A stretch of DNA of 64,000 bases from Auanema rhodensis (GCA_964057225.1 OZ059896.1:11284001-11348000), one strand, 5' to 3'. Shown: positions 39,392 through 54,057, counted from the first letter of the stretch. The notes: generated by a model from the sequence alone, not told the origin. Made by a program: numbers and translations.

Positions 39392-41237
39392 ATGCTTCTT
39401 AGAACATGTTTTTTGAAACATGTAATTTCCAGGAACTTTTCTTCCAGGAAATGGTGGGTCTCTTTTTGATTTTCGTGCTGTTAATGTTAGAATATTTTTC
39501 ATAATTTTTTTTAGTATTTCGGAATATCTGGTTGACCTAAGTCAAAGGGGTCTTGTTGCACAATCGTATCCTTCAAATATTCTAACTGATCACCGAAAGA
39601 ATGTAGAGTAGGTTGTTATCATTACTGGAATTGTTTAATTTTGAATATTTAGCCATTTGCCATCTGTTATATATGCTGGATTTGACCCCACTGCTGAAAG
39701 TTTGCATATTGGAAACTTATTAGTGTTGTTAAATTTGTTGCGAGGTTAGTATTTCTTCTAAAATCCATCTATATTTTTATTTTCAGCATCACAATTTCAC
39801 ATTAAGCCTATCGCTATTGTCGGAGGTGCTACAGCTACTATAGGTGATCCAAGTGGTCGTAATTCTGGTTGGTAAGGTTCAGATTTATTACTCAAATGTA
39901 TAACAACGAAGCTGATGCTTTTATTTTTAGAACGGGAAGAAGTAAAAGTAGATATAGTTAAATCACAAGCTACTTCTATAAAAAATCAATTGATGAATAT
40001 TGCAACAAATACGGAAATTGATTTGAAAATTTTAGATAATAATGATTGGTTTAAAAATGTTGGAAATCTTTTTTTTTTAAAATATAAACTTGAAGTTTTA
40101 GATGACTATGACTGAGTACCTCAGAGTTTGTAAACATCATAGGTTAGGAGAAATGTTGAGAATGGGAGCTATTAAGGTTTTTTTCATATATGTTTGTAAC
40201 GTACTTTTACTTTTCTTGTTAAGAATCGTATGACGGATAATAACGGAATATCGTTTACCGAATTTAGTTACCAGACTATGCAAGCGTATGATTGGCTTCA
40301 CTTGTCAAGGACTGAAAACTGCTTCTTCCAGGTAATGCTCAATTTCTAATATAGAAATATTTATATTTTTAGATTGGAGGTTCTGACCAATTGGGCCATC
40401 TCGATTTAGGAGCTCATTATATCAAGAGAGTCAGTAATAAGTTCGCTGGAGGTATAATAGTTAAAATTTATTTAAAATTCAGAAATTTTAGGCGTTTGTT
40501 TGCCGCTCGTCACTGACAGTTCTGGAAAGAAATTGGGAAAATCTGTAGGAGCTGCAGTGTGGCTCTCCCCTGAAAAAACGTCACCGTTCCATTTCTTCCA
40601 ATTCTTTAGGCAATTGCATGATACAGATGCTACACAACTGTTAACTCAATTCAGGTATATAAAAATATATTAGCTTTCTCTTAACGATATTATTTCAGTT
40701 TGAAGCCATATAATGAAGTAATTTCAATCGTTGACAACCATCAGAAAAATTTGGGTAAATGGATTGCTCAGGATGCATTGGCCAAAGAATTGACTATTGC
40801 CGTGCATGGAAAGTCTGGACTAGAAATAGCATTACGATGTACTCGTGCTTTATATCATGGTACAATGGAAGATATTGTCGAATTGACTCAAGATCAATTG
40901 TTGGGTCTTTTCGGACTTACAATTAAGGTTGTCTCTACATTTTGTTGTATAATATTCTATTCAAATCTTTAGGTTCCACGGGATATGAGGAAAATGAAAG
41001 AATTAGCAGCCATAACTCGTCAAGATAAGCAAAAGGGAGAAGTTTTAATGACCAAAGGGGCATTCAAAGTTAATGGAGAAAAGGTTTGTTAGGTTTTTGA
41101 AAAGTTCTAATATGTTTTTTTAGGTTACCGATCCCGAAAAGCCTATAAATATAGCGTCTCTCATTTTACCAAAAACTGAAAATTTAACATTAGTTTGCTG
41201 GGGAAAGCGTAAGTTCCAACTTGTTGAATGGCTTTAA
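39392..41237 (+). CDS. YARS2: Mitochondrial (bacterial-type) tyrosyl-tRNA synthetase
   Basis: Presequence-like [20 protein letters not shown]; [15 protein letters not shown]; [13 protein letters not shown]; [15 protein letters not shown]; QIGGSDQLG; GKKLGKS; C-terminal S4-like WGKRKF. Confidence 0.95.
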
Positions 41238-41443
41238 TGTTGGGCTCGTCGCTCTTTTGTTATTGTTGTACCTATGCGGGTGAAATAATTCTTTGTGTTT
41301 TTAAATATAGTAATAAATTAAACTTATTTGATTTATATTGCTATACTTTCATAGACAAAAGCGTTAATGCGTGAACTTCCATATCTCTACTTTTTCTTGA
41401 TATATATTTTATTTTTGATATTCTTAAACTGTTTTGCTATAGC

Positions 41444-43022
41444 ATGGCAGACCACAAGGCTCTCCCAGTCTTCGCTTTTATTGAGGAGCCCATTCAATTG
41501 AGAGAATTAAGACAATACCTAAATAATGTTGGAGCTAAGCTTGCCGAAGATGGTTTGATTTTTCGAATTATAGTTTAATTGTATCTTTCATAGGACCACA
41601 GGATGTGTCCAGTAATCTGATTGAGATATGTGCTGGGTTATATGTAATGGGGAAGTGCACTAATCCTCCTGAGGTGGGTAGCTTATATCTTTTCTGGTTG
41701 AATAGTTCAAGTTTTCAGGTTGATTTCATCCTTAGTTCCGTGTGTTCATTGATAGTATCAATTCCCGTTGAGAGAGCTGCTGAAGTTGTATCAGCATTTT
41801 GTAAAGCAGTTAATCCCAAAGTTTTCAAAGGAACAGGATGGACCAGCAATGTAAAATATTTGCTATTTTTGTTCAAGTAATATCTCCTAATGTAGGCTGG
41901 ATTCTCTGTTCGTGTACTTTCCAACATTTTCCGTGGATTTGCTGCACATTCCAGCATTCAGGAGGAAGTTTATCGTAGCTTAGTTGCTATGTGTTCAGAG
42001 TCTCGTTTAATTGGCGAGTTGGACTGTTCTGTTGAAGTTGTTTTTTAATCTTAATCGTTTTAACAACTATTACTTTCAAGACTTTGGAAAAACAATTCAC
42101 TAGATGGAATACAAACACAGAAGGAAAGCGTGATATTTTAAGATTGATTCATTTAGCTCTTCTGAATGATCAACGTGCTGATCAGGCTGCTAAGGTTCGA
42201 ATCTTCCGAATATTTTAAAAATACAAATACAATCTTTCAGATTATGATCATGCTTTTGGGTACTTACACAGAAACTGATGCTGGATCAGCTGCTGAGGAT
42301 GCCGCTGAATGTGTCAGAACCGCAGTTGTAGATCCAAAATCATTCTCATTTGATCATCTACAAAGACTTAGTGCTGTGAAAGCTCTCAAGAAGGCATGAT
42401 TTTCAATATACAATATTTCACTATTTTCATGTTTTAGTCTGATCCTTTGATGTATGCTGGATTGGAGTTGTTCATTTCAGGAACCCTGAAGGACTACAAA
42501 GCTTTTGTTAAATCTCATCCCGATTTTGTTACCAAAAAATTAAAGGTTATTTCTTAATATATTTATACTAATTTTCCAATCCTTTTAGGTAGATGAAGCT
42601 GTTATTATGAAAAAAATCCGACTTTTAACTCTGATGACAATTGCTGAAAATAATAATGTGAGTTTTAACTTTTTTTTTCAATATGAAAACCATGTTTTTT
42701 TCAGGTGGTCAGTCTTGATGATTTGGGAGCTCAGCTTGATTTATCAGCTAATGATGCTCTTGAAGAATTTATCATTGAAGCCATTCAAGTGAATGCTATA
42801 TCAGTTAGTTTTATGCGCTCGTTGAGAATATATGCTTGATTTCAGGGTAAAATTAATGAAATGACAAGAGAGCTTGTTGTATCTTCCTTCCAACATCGTG
42901 AATTTGGTCGAGACCAATGGGTTACCCTTCAGAAGCGTCTTCAAGGTTTAATTGCTAATTTGAGGCAAGCTCATTCAAACATCCAAAGTGTTAACCAGCA
43001 AATTGATGAGGTTGTGGCTTGA
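41444..43022 (+). CDS. cif-1: eIF3 subunit M / CIF-1 (PCI domain)
   Basis: LPVFAFIE; [45 protein letters not shown]; [14 protein letters not shown]; [19 protein letters not shown]; HREFGRDQW. Confidence 0.92.
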
Positions 43023-43791
43023 GTTGGACATGTTATTTTTTTATGGTTTACAACTATTTTCCTCTTTTTTTCCTAACTTTCTTTTGCAGTAGTTGTTTTG
43101 GATTGTTGAAATAAATGTTATATTGTTATATTGTTGATTTGTGATTTTTCTTTCATATAGAGTAATGATTCGATTGCCAGATGACAGACGTTTTTGGAAA
43201 AAATAAATAGAAAGTCTGTGTAGTTATTATCATCTAAAATTTGGAAAACCTTTTATGATGGTATTAATTTTATTATCATCAAACTAGATTTGTTTTTACG
43301 TCATAAATTTTGCATTGGTATGGCTAACGCTGGCTATGAAAGGTAATTAGAAGCAATTGACATAAGTTCATTTGTCTATTTGATGATAAGACGATTGAAA
43401 ATTAATTTATTATATGAAATTTATAGCTTAATCACTTAGACTGAAAGAAACGTGAGCTCTTCTCAAAGCCTTCAAGATTTAAGAAGTCTTTACTGTGTAG
43501 GCTTGCCGGTAATATAGGGGAAAACAAAAAGTACAGGAATAATATAGTCATTGAATCTATCAAAACATTTTTTAAAGTTTATTTCTGTGAATAGCACTAG
43601 TAGATTACATGGGGATTCAGAAAATTATTTTGTAAGTATAGATTTTTCTCTCCAATTTTTCATACATTGTCACACATGACGAAATAGATAGTTGCTTATT
43701 TAGATTTATAACTATTTTGAACTACGACACTTACATTTATTTATTATTAATTTAAATATTTAGTTAAATTCAAAGAAATGATTTGAGAATA

Positions 43792-45073
43792 ATGCCTACT
43801 ACATATTCTTCGCATAATATCTTAAAGATATCAAGTGTCTTTCTTGTAATACTTTTATTTCTATGGGTAAGCTAGTTTACTAACTTTTAAAATATTTCAA
43901 ACTAAATCCAGATATCAATTACATTTGATTTGTTTACGATACGTTCTTATGGTGTACAACAAGCAGTTCAAAAAATCAAAAAAACATTTATTCCTGAGTT
44001 AGATACTGAGAGAATTGAAGTGAGACTTCTTTAATTATTATTTTTTTTTCATTCGAGTAATATATTCAGGATGTAAGACCACGTGATATAGTTTTAAAGC
44101 CATACAATGTGACTTGTAAAAATTTAAAATTTTTAATTGTTATTCAAGTAGCAGCTACTGACATAAAAAGTCGAGATTGGTACAGGAAAACGATTGGAAA
44201 TAATAAAACTGAGGCGAATATTTATTTCAAATTTTGATTATAATTTTAAAACTGTTTTTAGTATAGTTATGATTTCTTTTTTTCTATTGGAAAGGCTAAA
44301 TCAATTTCCTCGAACCATGACATAATGCTGGAAAACAATAAACATGGAGATATGCTTCAGACAGAATTTTTGGATTCGTATCATAACTTAACCTTAAAGG
44401 TTTAAACCTTATTCGTTACATTTCAATAGATTCAATCAATAAGTTATAGCAATTATCTCATATGAGATATATCAAATCATCCTGCCAGAATATTGGAATT
44501 GTTCTTAAAATTGATGATGATGTTGTGTTTAGTTTGAAGCGTGTCAGCAAATTTATTGATAGTATCATCACATTGAAGAAATTGAATTTAAATTTTTGGT
44601 ACAAAACAAAATCAAGATCTGAAATATTTTGTCATGTTTTCCACAAATCTCCGGTATCACATTCAGCTTCCGGAAAATGGTAATAAAATTATCCTCTTTT
44701 TCAATAAAATTGTTTTGCAGGTCAGTTTCTCGTCGTTTCAATCAAACGTATTGGCCAGACTTTTGCAGTGGATCAGCCTATTTCATTTCAACTAAAGCTA
44801 TTAACGACATTCTCGATAATGTAGAGAAATTCAAATATCTATGGGTTTGTGCTAAAATAAAGTCATATTCTAGCAAATTGATTTCAGTTGGATGATGTTT
44901 TTTTAACTGGGTTTGTAGCACGTAAAGCAGGAGTTGAGCTTGTAGATATTAAATCACGTTGTTATTTAAACCCATGGTATCCATCATTTTTGAGAACTGG
45001 CAAATACTTATTAAGCATGGTATCAAAAAATAAAATAGATGAATTTTATAAAGCCATAAATTTTGAATTATAA
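43792..45073 (+). CDS. Beta-1,3-galactosyltransferase family (GT31) type II membrane protein
   Basis: N-terminal TM; ENNKHGDMLQTEFLDSYHNLTLK; LKIDDDV; YWPDFCSGSAY; WLDDVFLTG. Confidence 0.9.
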
Positions 45074-45259
45074 ACTATTGAATTTTTCAATTGTAGTACC
45101 CCCACCCTCCTCTTTAAACCTTGTATCTACGAATAAATTTTTTTTCCTAATTTTCATGGTGCTAGTTCAACCTCAGTTCCTCTAACCTGTTGCTTAGATA
45201 CGAGCTTTAAGCATAGACACTATGACACATACAAACTTAAGTTGAAAGGTTTAAATAAA

Positions 45260-47759
45260 ATGAGTAGCTTTAAAGTAAGTTTATTTAATTTGATATAATA
45301 ATTATAAATATTTTCTAGCGTTTGGAAAAATATCGAAATGAATTGGATAATCATGTGGAGAATGTGAACAGGAAGTTAGATGAAGAAATACAACGAATGG
45401 TAAGTGTGTTCTTCTAAATCAACATTAAGTTTTATATATTCATATTGTCCCAAAATCAATTGAGATCCATCATAATTTCAGAGAAATAATATAAAAACAG
45501 CTAAAGAAAAATCGTCAGAGAAACAAAATCAGAAAAAAGAATTATTGAACCGAATTGATATATTCGAAAAAAAAATGGAAGTGCATAATCAAATCGTAGT
45601 AAATTCGAAAGACTCTGAAAAAGTGAATGATGTAAAGCTGATAGAAGACATAGGAGAATTACAAACAAACTTAAAATTTTATATGAAGAAAAGTGGGTAT
45701 AATATTTTTGTTTTAATATTATATATTCGTATATAACAATTTTAGATTCTGAAATAAAAAATCAAACAATGACAGTCATAAATTCTATTAATTATATGAA
45801 ACATGAAGCAAGAAAAGAAACTGTATTGCAAGAAATTAAAAACTTCAAAAATCTGCTAGACAATACAAAGAAAGAAGTGCAAGATTTGAGAATCAGAAAA
45901 AAAGCTCAGGTATTTCTTATAATTTCGATATATGTCTATCATATTAAAATAAGGATTCTGGTATTGAAAGATTGAAAGAAGATGCTAAAATAGCCGAAAA
46001 TAGTAAAAATATGTTAGAGAATACATTGCAGAATGAAATCAGGTAGAGTCATGAAAACGAAGAATTTTTAAAAATTGAACTATTCCAGACGACGTGTCGA
46101 ACAAAATTCTGAAACCATTGAATTATCAGAACAAGCAAAGATATATGAAGAAGAAAATATACATATTGAAGATGAATTCAATAAATTATTGAAAACATTG
46201 AAAGAAACTGGCATGAGGTTTGCTTGATGATTGAATTGATTTACTGTAAGGAGGTTCCAGAGTTTGCCGTCTTGAAAATGATGCAGAAGAAAAACGAAAA
46301 AGACTTGAGGTTTAAGAAAAGAAATTGTAATTTCTTTCAGTTTCGTATTTTATTTCAGAAAGTTATCCGTGTAAATGATGAATATTTGAATGCTATAAGA
46401 TTGAATATTGAGAAAATCTATAAAACTATCGAATTTGAAGAAAATGTTATGAAAGCCGATGAAGAGATTACTTCTGCTATTTCAAAGGTTTTTTCTAGAA
46501 TTTCTGAATCAAGTAATTAGCTTTTTTAAGGATGTTAATGAATTAGAAGAAGAATACAAACTGGTTAAAGAAAAGAAATGTATTTCAAAAGAAATTGTAT
46601 CATCAGATGTTAGACAAATGCACAATATACATAATTTAAATAAACTGTTTAGGATTCCGATAGCAATAGTTTTGAGGATGTATTAGAAGATATTTCTAAA
46701 AACCATGAAAAAATTCTACATGATTTATTTGAAAGAAAAAAGAATATTGTAAGTTAAATACATATTTATATTATAAAATTATTTTTTTTAGAATTCATCA
46801 TTGACAGTTAAAGAAAGTTCTGGGAGAAATAATGAAAAAAATTCAAATATAATTTCCAAATTAAAAAAATCATTTATAAATATTAAACGAGGACAAAAAG
46901 CTTTAGAGTTCAAAAAACAAGCATTACAGGAAAAGGTTATATTTACTTGTTTTTTATAAAAAATATAATATGTCAAATGTCAGAAACAACTTTTACTTTG
47001 TAAAATGGAAAATTTTCAAAAAGAAGAAGAGCAACAAATGGAAACATTGCGACGAATAGAATCATTTAAAGAAGCTATTGCCCAGGGTTTGATACAATTT
47101 TCATATGCTATAATTCCAAGTTTAGAGATTTTAACACTAGATTCTACTATTATTGACTTACCGACTGGAGTAAAAGATAAATCTGAATCTGAAAGAAAAG
47201 TTGAACTATTACGAGAACTAGTTAGAAAACAAATATCTCAGAATGATCATCTTTATCAACGATCCATGTCTTTAAAGTAAATATATTTGGTATTTGATAT
47301 ATTTATAAATGAAAACGATATTCAGGAAAGATTTATCTTCTTTAACCACAAAAATAAGAATGCTTGGAAATCATAATGTCGAAGAATACGAAAAACAAAG
47401 AGAAGAAGAAAAAATTATTGTTCGTCGAATTAGAACTGCTTATGGGTTTTTAACAAAAAAAGCAAAACAAATGGAAAGAGTATGGAATACAATAGCCATT
47501 GAACTCAAGTTATAACCTATAATATATTTTTCAGGAACTAGAGTTCTGTATCATTCAGAGAGAATCAACTGTTAATCGAGCACAATCAGTTGTCTATTTA
47601 GATACAACTGTAAAAACATTACGAAATAATGAAATAGAAGATATTAAGGAAAGAATTAAAGAAAAAAAGGAGGTTTGTAGTTATATAAAACATTTTTTAT
47701 ATTATATATACATACATAAATATACTTGTTTTCAGTTGTTGGAAAATCAAACCAAATGA
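45260..47759 (+). CDS. Long coiled-coil protein of unknown function
   Basis: About 16 short exons of K/E/N/L-rich heptad-like sequence, from MSSFK to LLENQTK*. No domain recognised; some splice junctions are tentative. Confidence 0.65.
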
Positions 47760-48463
47760 AATGTACATGTAAATCTTACAAAGTTTTAAAAAAAAATGTA
47801 GTAGGTAGCAAATAAATATTTCATATAAAAATATTCTTATAGTTATTGCTTTTTTTTTTTCAAAATTTTCAATTTTCTTCACGCATTTGGTTTTTTTTCC
47901 CATTTTTATGGGTTTTTTCTCTAAAAACTGACGCACATGTAATTTAAACTGGACCAGCGTTCATTGTAAACCTCAAATTCCAAAATCATATTAATGTATT
48001 ATTGGATTAAATTGCTTTACCTCCAATATACAATTCAAAGTGAACATTTAACTTAATTTTTATTTCCAAGACACTTGCATTTCATGATGTTAATGAAAAT
48101 GCTCGAAAACACTCGCGTTTCCTAAGCAACACCACGACAATTCTCACCAGATGTCGTTCCACTACTCCATTTCCCAGATTTTCTTCTACATCTACTATAT
48201 CTAATGAAAATATCAGTTTCATACAATTGAAAAGTCAAGAAAAGATTTTAATTGATTTTTCATTTATTTCTTTGTTTCATTATATCTTAGGCATATCACA
48301 TAGTTAATGTTGTAATATCTAATAAGTACGGTAGATATGCTATGGTAGCTTTGCATACACGTTCGTATAGATATTTCAAAAATAAAAGTTCATTATACAT
48401 GTAATTCGTTGTTGAACATACGTTTGTTAATTCAATATATGTCTTTAAGGATAATTCTAAATC

Positions 48464-51400
48464 ATGGGTTCTGGTCAATCACAAGAACAAAAAATTCAAG
48501 GAATGGGAAGGCTGCGAGAAGATCGTAAGTTATACCGACTTGTCGATATGCATGGTGGAGGAGAACTGATTCCTTGGTTTAGGTAAGAAATCTATATTTC
48601 AGATCAAAATAAATAAAACGATAAATATTTCTTTTTGACTATACTCTTATAATTTATTTATTTCAGATATGCTATTACAAGTGGAGACACTTCAATACTT
48701 GATGCTTATATTGACACAAAAGTTAGAGATTTCATGTACAATCAAGGCAAAGGAAAGGTCTGTACAGTTACAGAGTTAGTCAAATTGAGAAATAAGGTAA
48801 TGTATTTGAATAATAAATTATAAATATATTCCTTTTTGAGGAGAGGAACGAAAGATTAGGTGCTTTTTCACGAAAAAAAGGTAAAGGAAAAAGTGGACCA
48901 AACGTATTAGATGACTTCAATCAGGAAGGAGAAAACGTTGGTGATTTGAAGAAAGGTATCTGAATGATCATGTTGTTGATGACTGAACTAAAAATATTCA
49001 AAGCTTTGAAATTACTTGATGGAGGAGGCAAAGGTGGAAAAGGTGAATCGAAATATCGAGATATAACATGGAAACTGGATGATAGAGGTAATTGTTTAGT
49101 GTTACATTTGAAGAACTATAAGCGTTATCTTCAGGATCTATGGGTGAAACAATTATTGGAATATGTTTACTTCAAGGAACTGATATTCATAATAAATTGG
49201 CTTTGAAAATATTAGATTCATATCCTAAACTTGTTAATGACATTAATGTTTCTGAAGACTATTATGGTAAGTAATAGTTTCTTTTCTTATTAGCAAATCT
49301 AACTAAAACAAATTAAGGCTTAACTCCTTTACATCAATCAATTATTAATCAAGATGTTCAAATGGCTTATACTTTGTTAAGACGTGGAGCTGATGTCACC
49401 ACAAGGTTTCGAAGATTTTATTAAATTTATTTAATATTTATTTATGTTTATAGATGCTATGGAGCCTTCTTCTGTGCAGAAGATCAAAAAGCTACACGAA
49501 CTGATTCTTTGGAGCATGAATATGTAGAATTAAGTACAAAAACTAGCTATACTGGGTAAGCCTAAAGCTATAGCTTTTCGTAGCTTTTCCACTGAAGGAA
49601 AATACCATGTATCACTTCAGAACTATGTACTTTGGAGAATATCCTCTATCATTTGCTGCTTGTATGAATCAACCAGATTGTTATCGGCTTCTTTTAGCCA
49701 AAAAAGCGAATCCAAATGCACAAGATACAAATGGTAATACAGTGCTTCATATGTGTGTTATCCATGAAAATATGGTAAAATATCTTCATTATCTTTGACT
49801 TTTATAATACAATTTTGCAGAACATGTTCCGAGTTGCTCTTGAAAATGGAGCTAGTCTCCGTATTAGTAATAAACAAAATTTAACTGCTCTCACATTAGC
49901 TGCAAAAATGGCTAAGAAAAAGGTCTCTACTGTCATTATAAATGCTTATATTATAATTTTTTGTTTCAAGATGTTTACGGAAATTCTAGAAATTGAAGGA
50001 GAACGGGTTTGGGCATATGGTGATGCTTCATCTACAGCATATCCTTTAGCTAAAATTGATACTATTAATGAAACTACTGGAGAACTAAATGAAAACAGCG
50101 CTTTATCCTTAGTTGTATACGGAGTAAGCTTTAAATCCTCTTTTTCAATAAAAAAAACTTTTTCGATACGATATATTCTATATATTGGGTAATTTATTGA
50201 AAAATCATTCTTGTTGAACTCTCTTTATATTTTCAAATTTCTTTATTGCTTATTCATATTCAATTTGTTTGATAACCGTAGTCATAATTTTCTGTTGTCT
50301 AGGAGACACCGGAACACCTGGAACTTCTTGACGGTTTACTAGAAGAGCTGTTGGAGGAAAAGTGGAAAGCTTTCGGAAAAGCAAAGTAAGATGTTTTTCA
50401 TTCAAGACAATAATATACATATGAATATTATTGACTGTTTCCAAATATTTAAACATAAATACTGTAATCTAGGTAATGTTAGAACAATAGATGTGTTATA
50501 TTCAATCGATATATAATATTAATATTAATTAAGTATTACAAATATAAGTTGTATTTGATTACCAGAAATCAAAAAATTGGGAAAAAAGACAGAAAAAAAG
50601 AATTTTGAAGAACATATATCAGAATTTGTCAAAATACAAAGAATATCGAAAAAGTTACTTTAATACTAAAGTTTGTACAATTACTGACATAGCCATCGTA
50701 TACTTGTCTATCTGTGTCACATATCGTGCAACTAAAAAAATTTAAACCAATTTCCATTCATTGTTTTTATTTTTTTTTCAGATTGGCTCAATCAGTTCTT
50801 GCCTTTCTACTTCATTGGTGCTTAATTATTTTGGCATTTTTTCTTAGACCTATTTCATATTCAACATCGGTGAGTACATTCAGAAAGTGCAATATTCATG
50901 ATTACTTGTAAGGTTTCAACCGAAGGGTGGATTACAAAACAGGGATATGCTGCCACAAAATGGACAACAGATGATCCATTTGCACATCCTGATGATGCTG
51001 TTAAAATACCTTTGGTGCCTTTTCCAAATGGAACATATTCAGCTGTACCTTGGAGTAAGAAACTAAAATATACGTAACAATTATAATTTTCTTAATGTTA
51101 AGAATCAGAAGACGCTCAGTGTCATTTGTTAAATTACGGCAATTCAAATGATTGGGATTCACACGTTAGCTTCGAATAAATGTTTCTCTGAAAATATAGA
51201 AAGCTTTAGGTTCGTCTGACGGCGGAAGTGGGAGTGTTAATTAGTGTTATGGTCCAGTTATTCCTGGATGTTCAAGATGTCAGGTACATCGGATGGAAAA
51301 AGTGGTGGAACATCTTGGTAAGATTGAAGCAAATGATGAATAAACTAAAGATATTACAGAGAGCTTTTCCTGCAAAGATAGCCTACAAATCCTCATTTGT

Positions 51401-53031
51401 TTTCATTTTATTCACAGTTATTATACGAGCATCATGTAGATTATCACCTCATCTATTAGTTGTTGACAATATTCTTGCATGTATTACAATACTAATGACA
51501 ACAATTCATTTTCTTTTTTATTGTCGGTAAGTATTCAACAAATTCAAAAATTAAATTACTAATTATACTTTAGTGCTATTAACTTTGTTGGACCTTTTGT
51601 ATTAATGGTTTATACTATTATTGCAACAGATATACGACGATTTATTCTTATTTACGGAATATTTTTAGTTGGATTTTCTCAAGGTAATTTTAAGAATATA
51701 GGATATATTTGGGAATATTATTCTATTTTTAAGCATTTTATTTGGTATTTCTTTCTTGTGAACGTGTAAAAAATGAAGCAGATGCTTTCAATGCTTCTAC
51801 AGTTGAAGGGTTAACTCAAATCGACTTGAATCGTTTATCTCAGGTATCAAACATTGGTCTAACGTTCCAAGAGTTATTCCTTATTTCTCAGGCAAAAACA
51901 TTTGAAAATGTAATTCAAGGACCAATTGAAGCTTTCATTCGAACATTTATTCTGACCATTGGTGAATTTACTGTACTTTATCGTAACTTAGCTCTTTGCC
52001 CGGCTAACATCATGTTCTGGATTGGCAAGGTCAGTATGATTCTTGAAAGTAGCAACTAAGTGTTTCTTTAATTATTTTCAAAAAATAGTCAGAAAGTATA
52101 TAAACATTTCAGAGTGTATTCGTAATATTTGAAATGGGTGTTTCAATTCTACAATTCAATCTACTTATTGCTATGATGACAAGAACATATGAAGCTATTT
52201 TCAGAACAAAAAAAGAATATAAGAGACAAGTATCAGCTTTATTAAAGTGCTAATATAGTGTTTCTTATTTTTCAGTGGGCTCAGGTAATTCTTATGTTGG
52301 AACTTTCCCTGTCCCCTTCGGCCCGTTTAATGTATTTATTAAAATACTCAAGACCAACAGGAACAAACAAAAAAGCTCGTAGTTTGGTTGTAAATACTAA
52401 AATTACTGAGGTAACGTTATTTATTGTTTTTTATTTAGTTCAACAAATTTTTATTTTATTTTTAATATTTTGAGGCTGAGAAAAACTCGTTAGATGGTGC
52501 AGCAAAGCTTGAGGAGAAATTAAAACGAGCAGCAGAAGAGAAGAAGGCAATCATAAAATGGAAATTGAAGGTTTGTTTTTTCCTCCATTTTTCATAAAAT
52601 GATGGAAGATAATACAGTTTTATGTTCCTCTATAATATTGGATAATTAACGTAAAAATCTGAAAAAAAAACTTTTTTTCATAACAACCATATCATTTTTT
52701 CAAAGTTTGAGTTTGTGATTGTGGAAAAGAGTGGGAGAAAACGGAATATTGTGTTTCGGCTTCAGCTTCAAAACTAACTTTTTGAGTTTGGATATAAATA
52801 TTCTCTTGTTCAAAAATCGCATTATTCAGTGAGAAAATATAAATGTAGCTTGGCTATTCAAATAACTAAAACAAAAAGTGTAGTCAACCATATAAACAGA
52901 TAACTAAACTTATATTAATACAATATTAGTACACTTATATAATATATTCATTCTAGGATTTGGAGCAGAAAGAAGCAACCCGACCAACAACTTCCTTTGT
53001 AAGAACTCCACGACCTCAATCACGAAAATGA
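48464..53031 (+). CDS. TRPV channel, OCR-1/OCR-2 subgroup
   Basis: [39 protein letters not shown], ankyrin repeats ([26 protein letters not shown]), TM region, pore [21 protein letters not shown]-box-like [13 protein letters not shown]-terminal MGSGQS is myristoylation-like. Confidence 0.95.
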
Positions 53032-54057
53032 TTTTTTTTATGTTTGGAATCTATTTCTTCATGATATGCATTTTTGTTATTCATAATTCATTCATCTTAC
53101 AACTTACTCGTAATTTGAAAAAAAATATTTTGAGTTATCTAATCTATTCCAAAATTCTAGAACTAGTTTTATTTCCCAAACTCAGAATAAAACAATAATT
53201 TGATATTTATGATAACAGATGAGAATATTATAAATATAATTAAAGTTGTTCACGATTCTTAGTATTTTTACTCCGACTCAATATGACTCTATTCAATGAA
53301 ATATGAGATGACAGAGAAAGTCAAGAATTGTGAATTCAATTAGCTTTGCTCTGTTCATTGACATTAGACTTTTGAATGAAAAAAACCCCATCATCATGCC
53401 AATATATAATGAATTAAATAGTTTGCAGAAATTTCATAAAACCAGACGCAATTCAATTAGAAGTAAGCCCTCCCATATTCCATTTCTTCTCCAAGTTTTT
53501 TTTTTGAAACTCCATTTTATTAATTTTAGTCTATAGTTCTCTCACTTTTTTAAACAAAACAAGCTGAATATATTTTTAACCATATTCTTATTTTTTTTTA
53601 TGACAAATAAAAAAAATTATTTTCAAAGTTTATATCCATGTTATGGTTGTAGAAATAAACAATTCATTTCAAATATTTAATTCATTTATTCATACAATAT
53701 TCAGGAATTAGTTCAAGACTCTCAAGCTACTATATCAGATTCATATAATAACGTCAATAACTTCAGACTGTAATAAACTTCAAATACCATTATTTATTCA
53801 TTTTCTAATGAATTATTTAATATAAATTAGAATTACGTTTCAAAATTTAAAGCTATACTACAATTGATGGAATCATAAACCACTCGCATATTTAGTTCGA
53901 ATTATCACCTGTTATTCTTTTTGTTGCAATCTGCAGTATCTCATTGTCTCCATCTATTTCTCTTATTTCACATTTTGATTTAGATCACGTTCAATTTTTT
54001 CTTTTACATTCAATGCAATGGTTAAACTTTTATTTTTCAGACACATATTTAGCGAAA

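Noticed and set aside
49556-49570. TAAGCCTAA, complementary to the nematode telomere repeat (checked because NAF1 suggests H/ACA or telomerase RNA)
   Set aside because: It is the donor end of a ~65-nt intron, too short for such an RNA. I saw no template-like run in the larger introns and could not support any tRNA, rRNA or snoRNA by eye.
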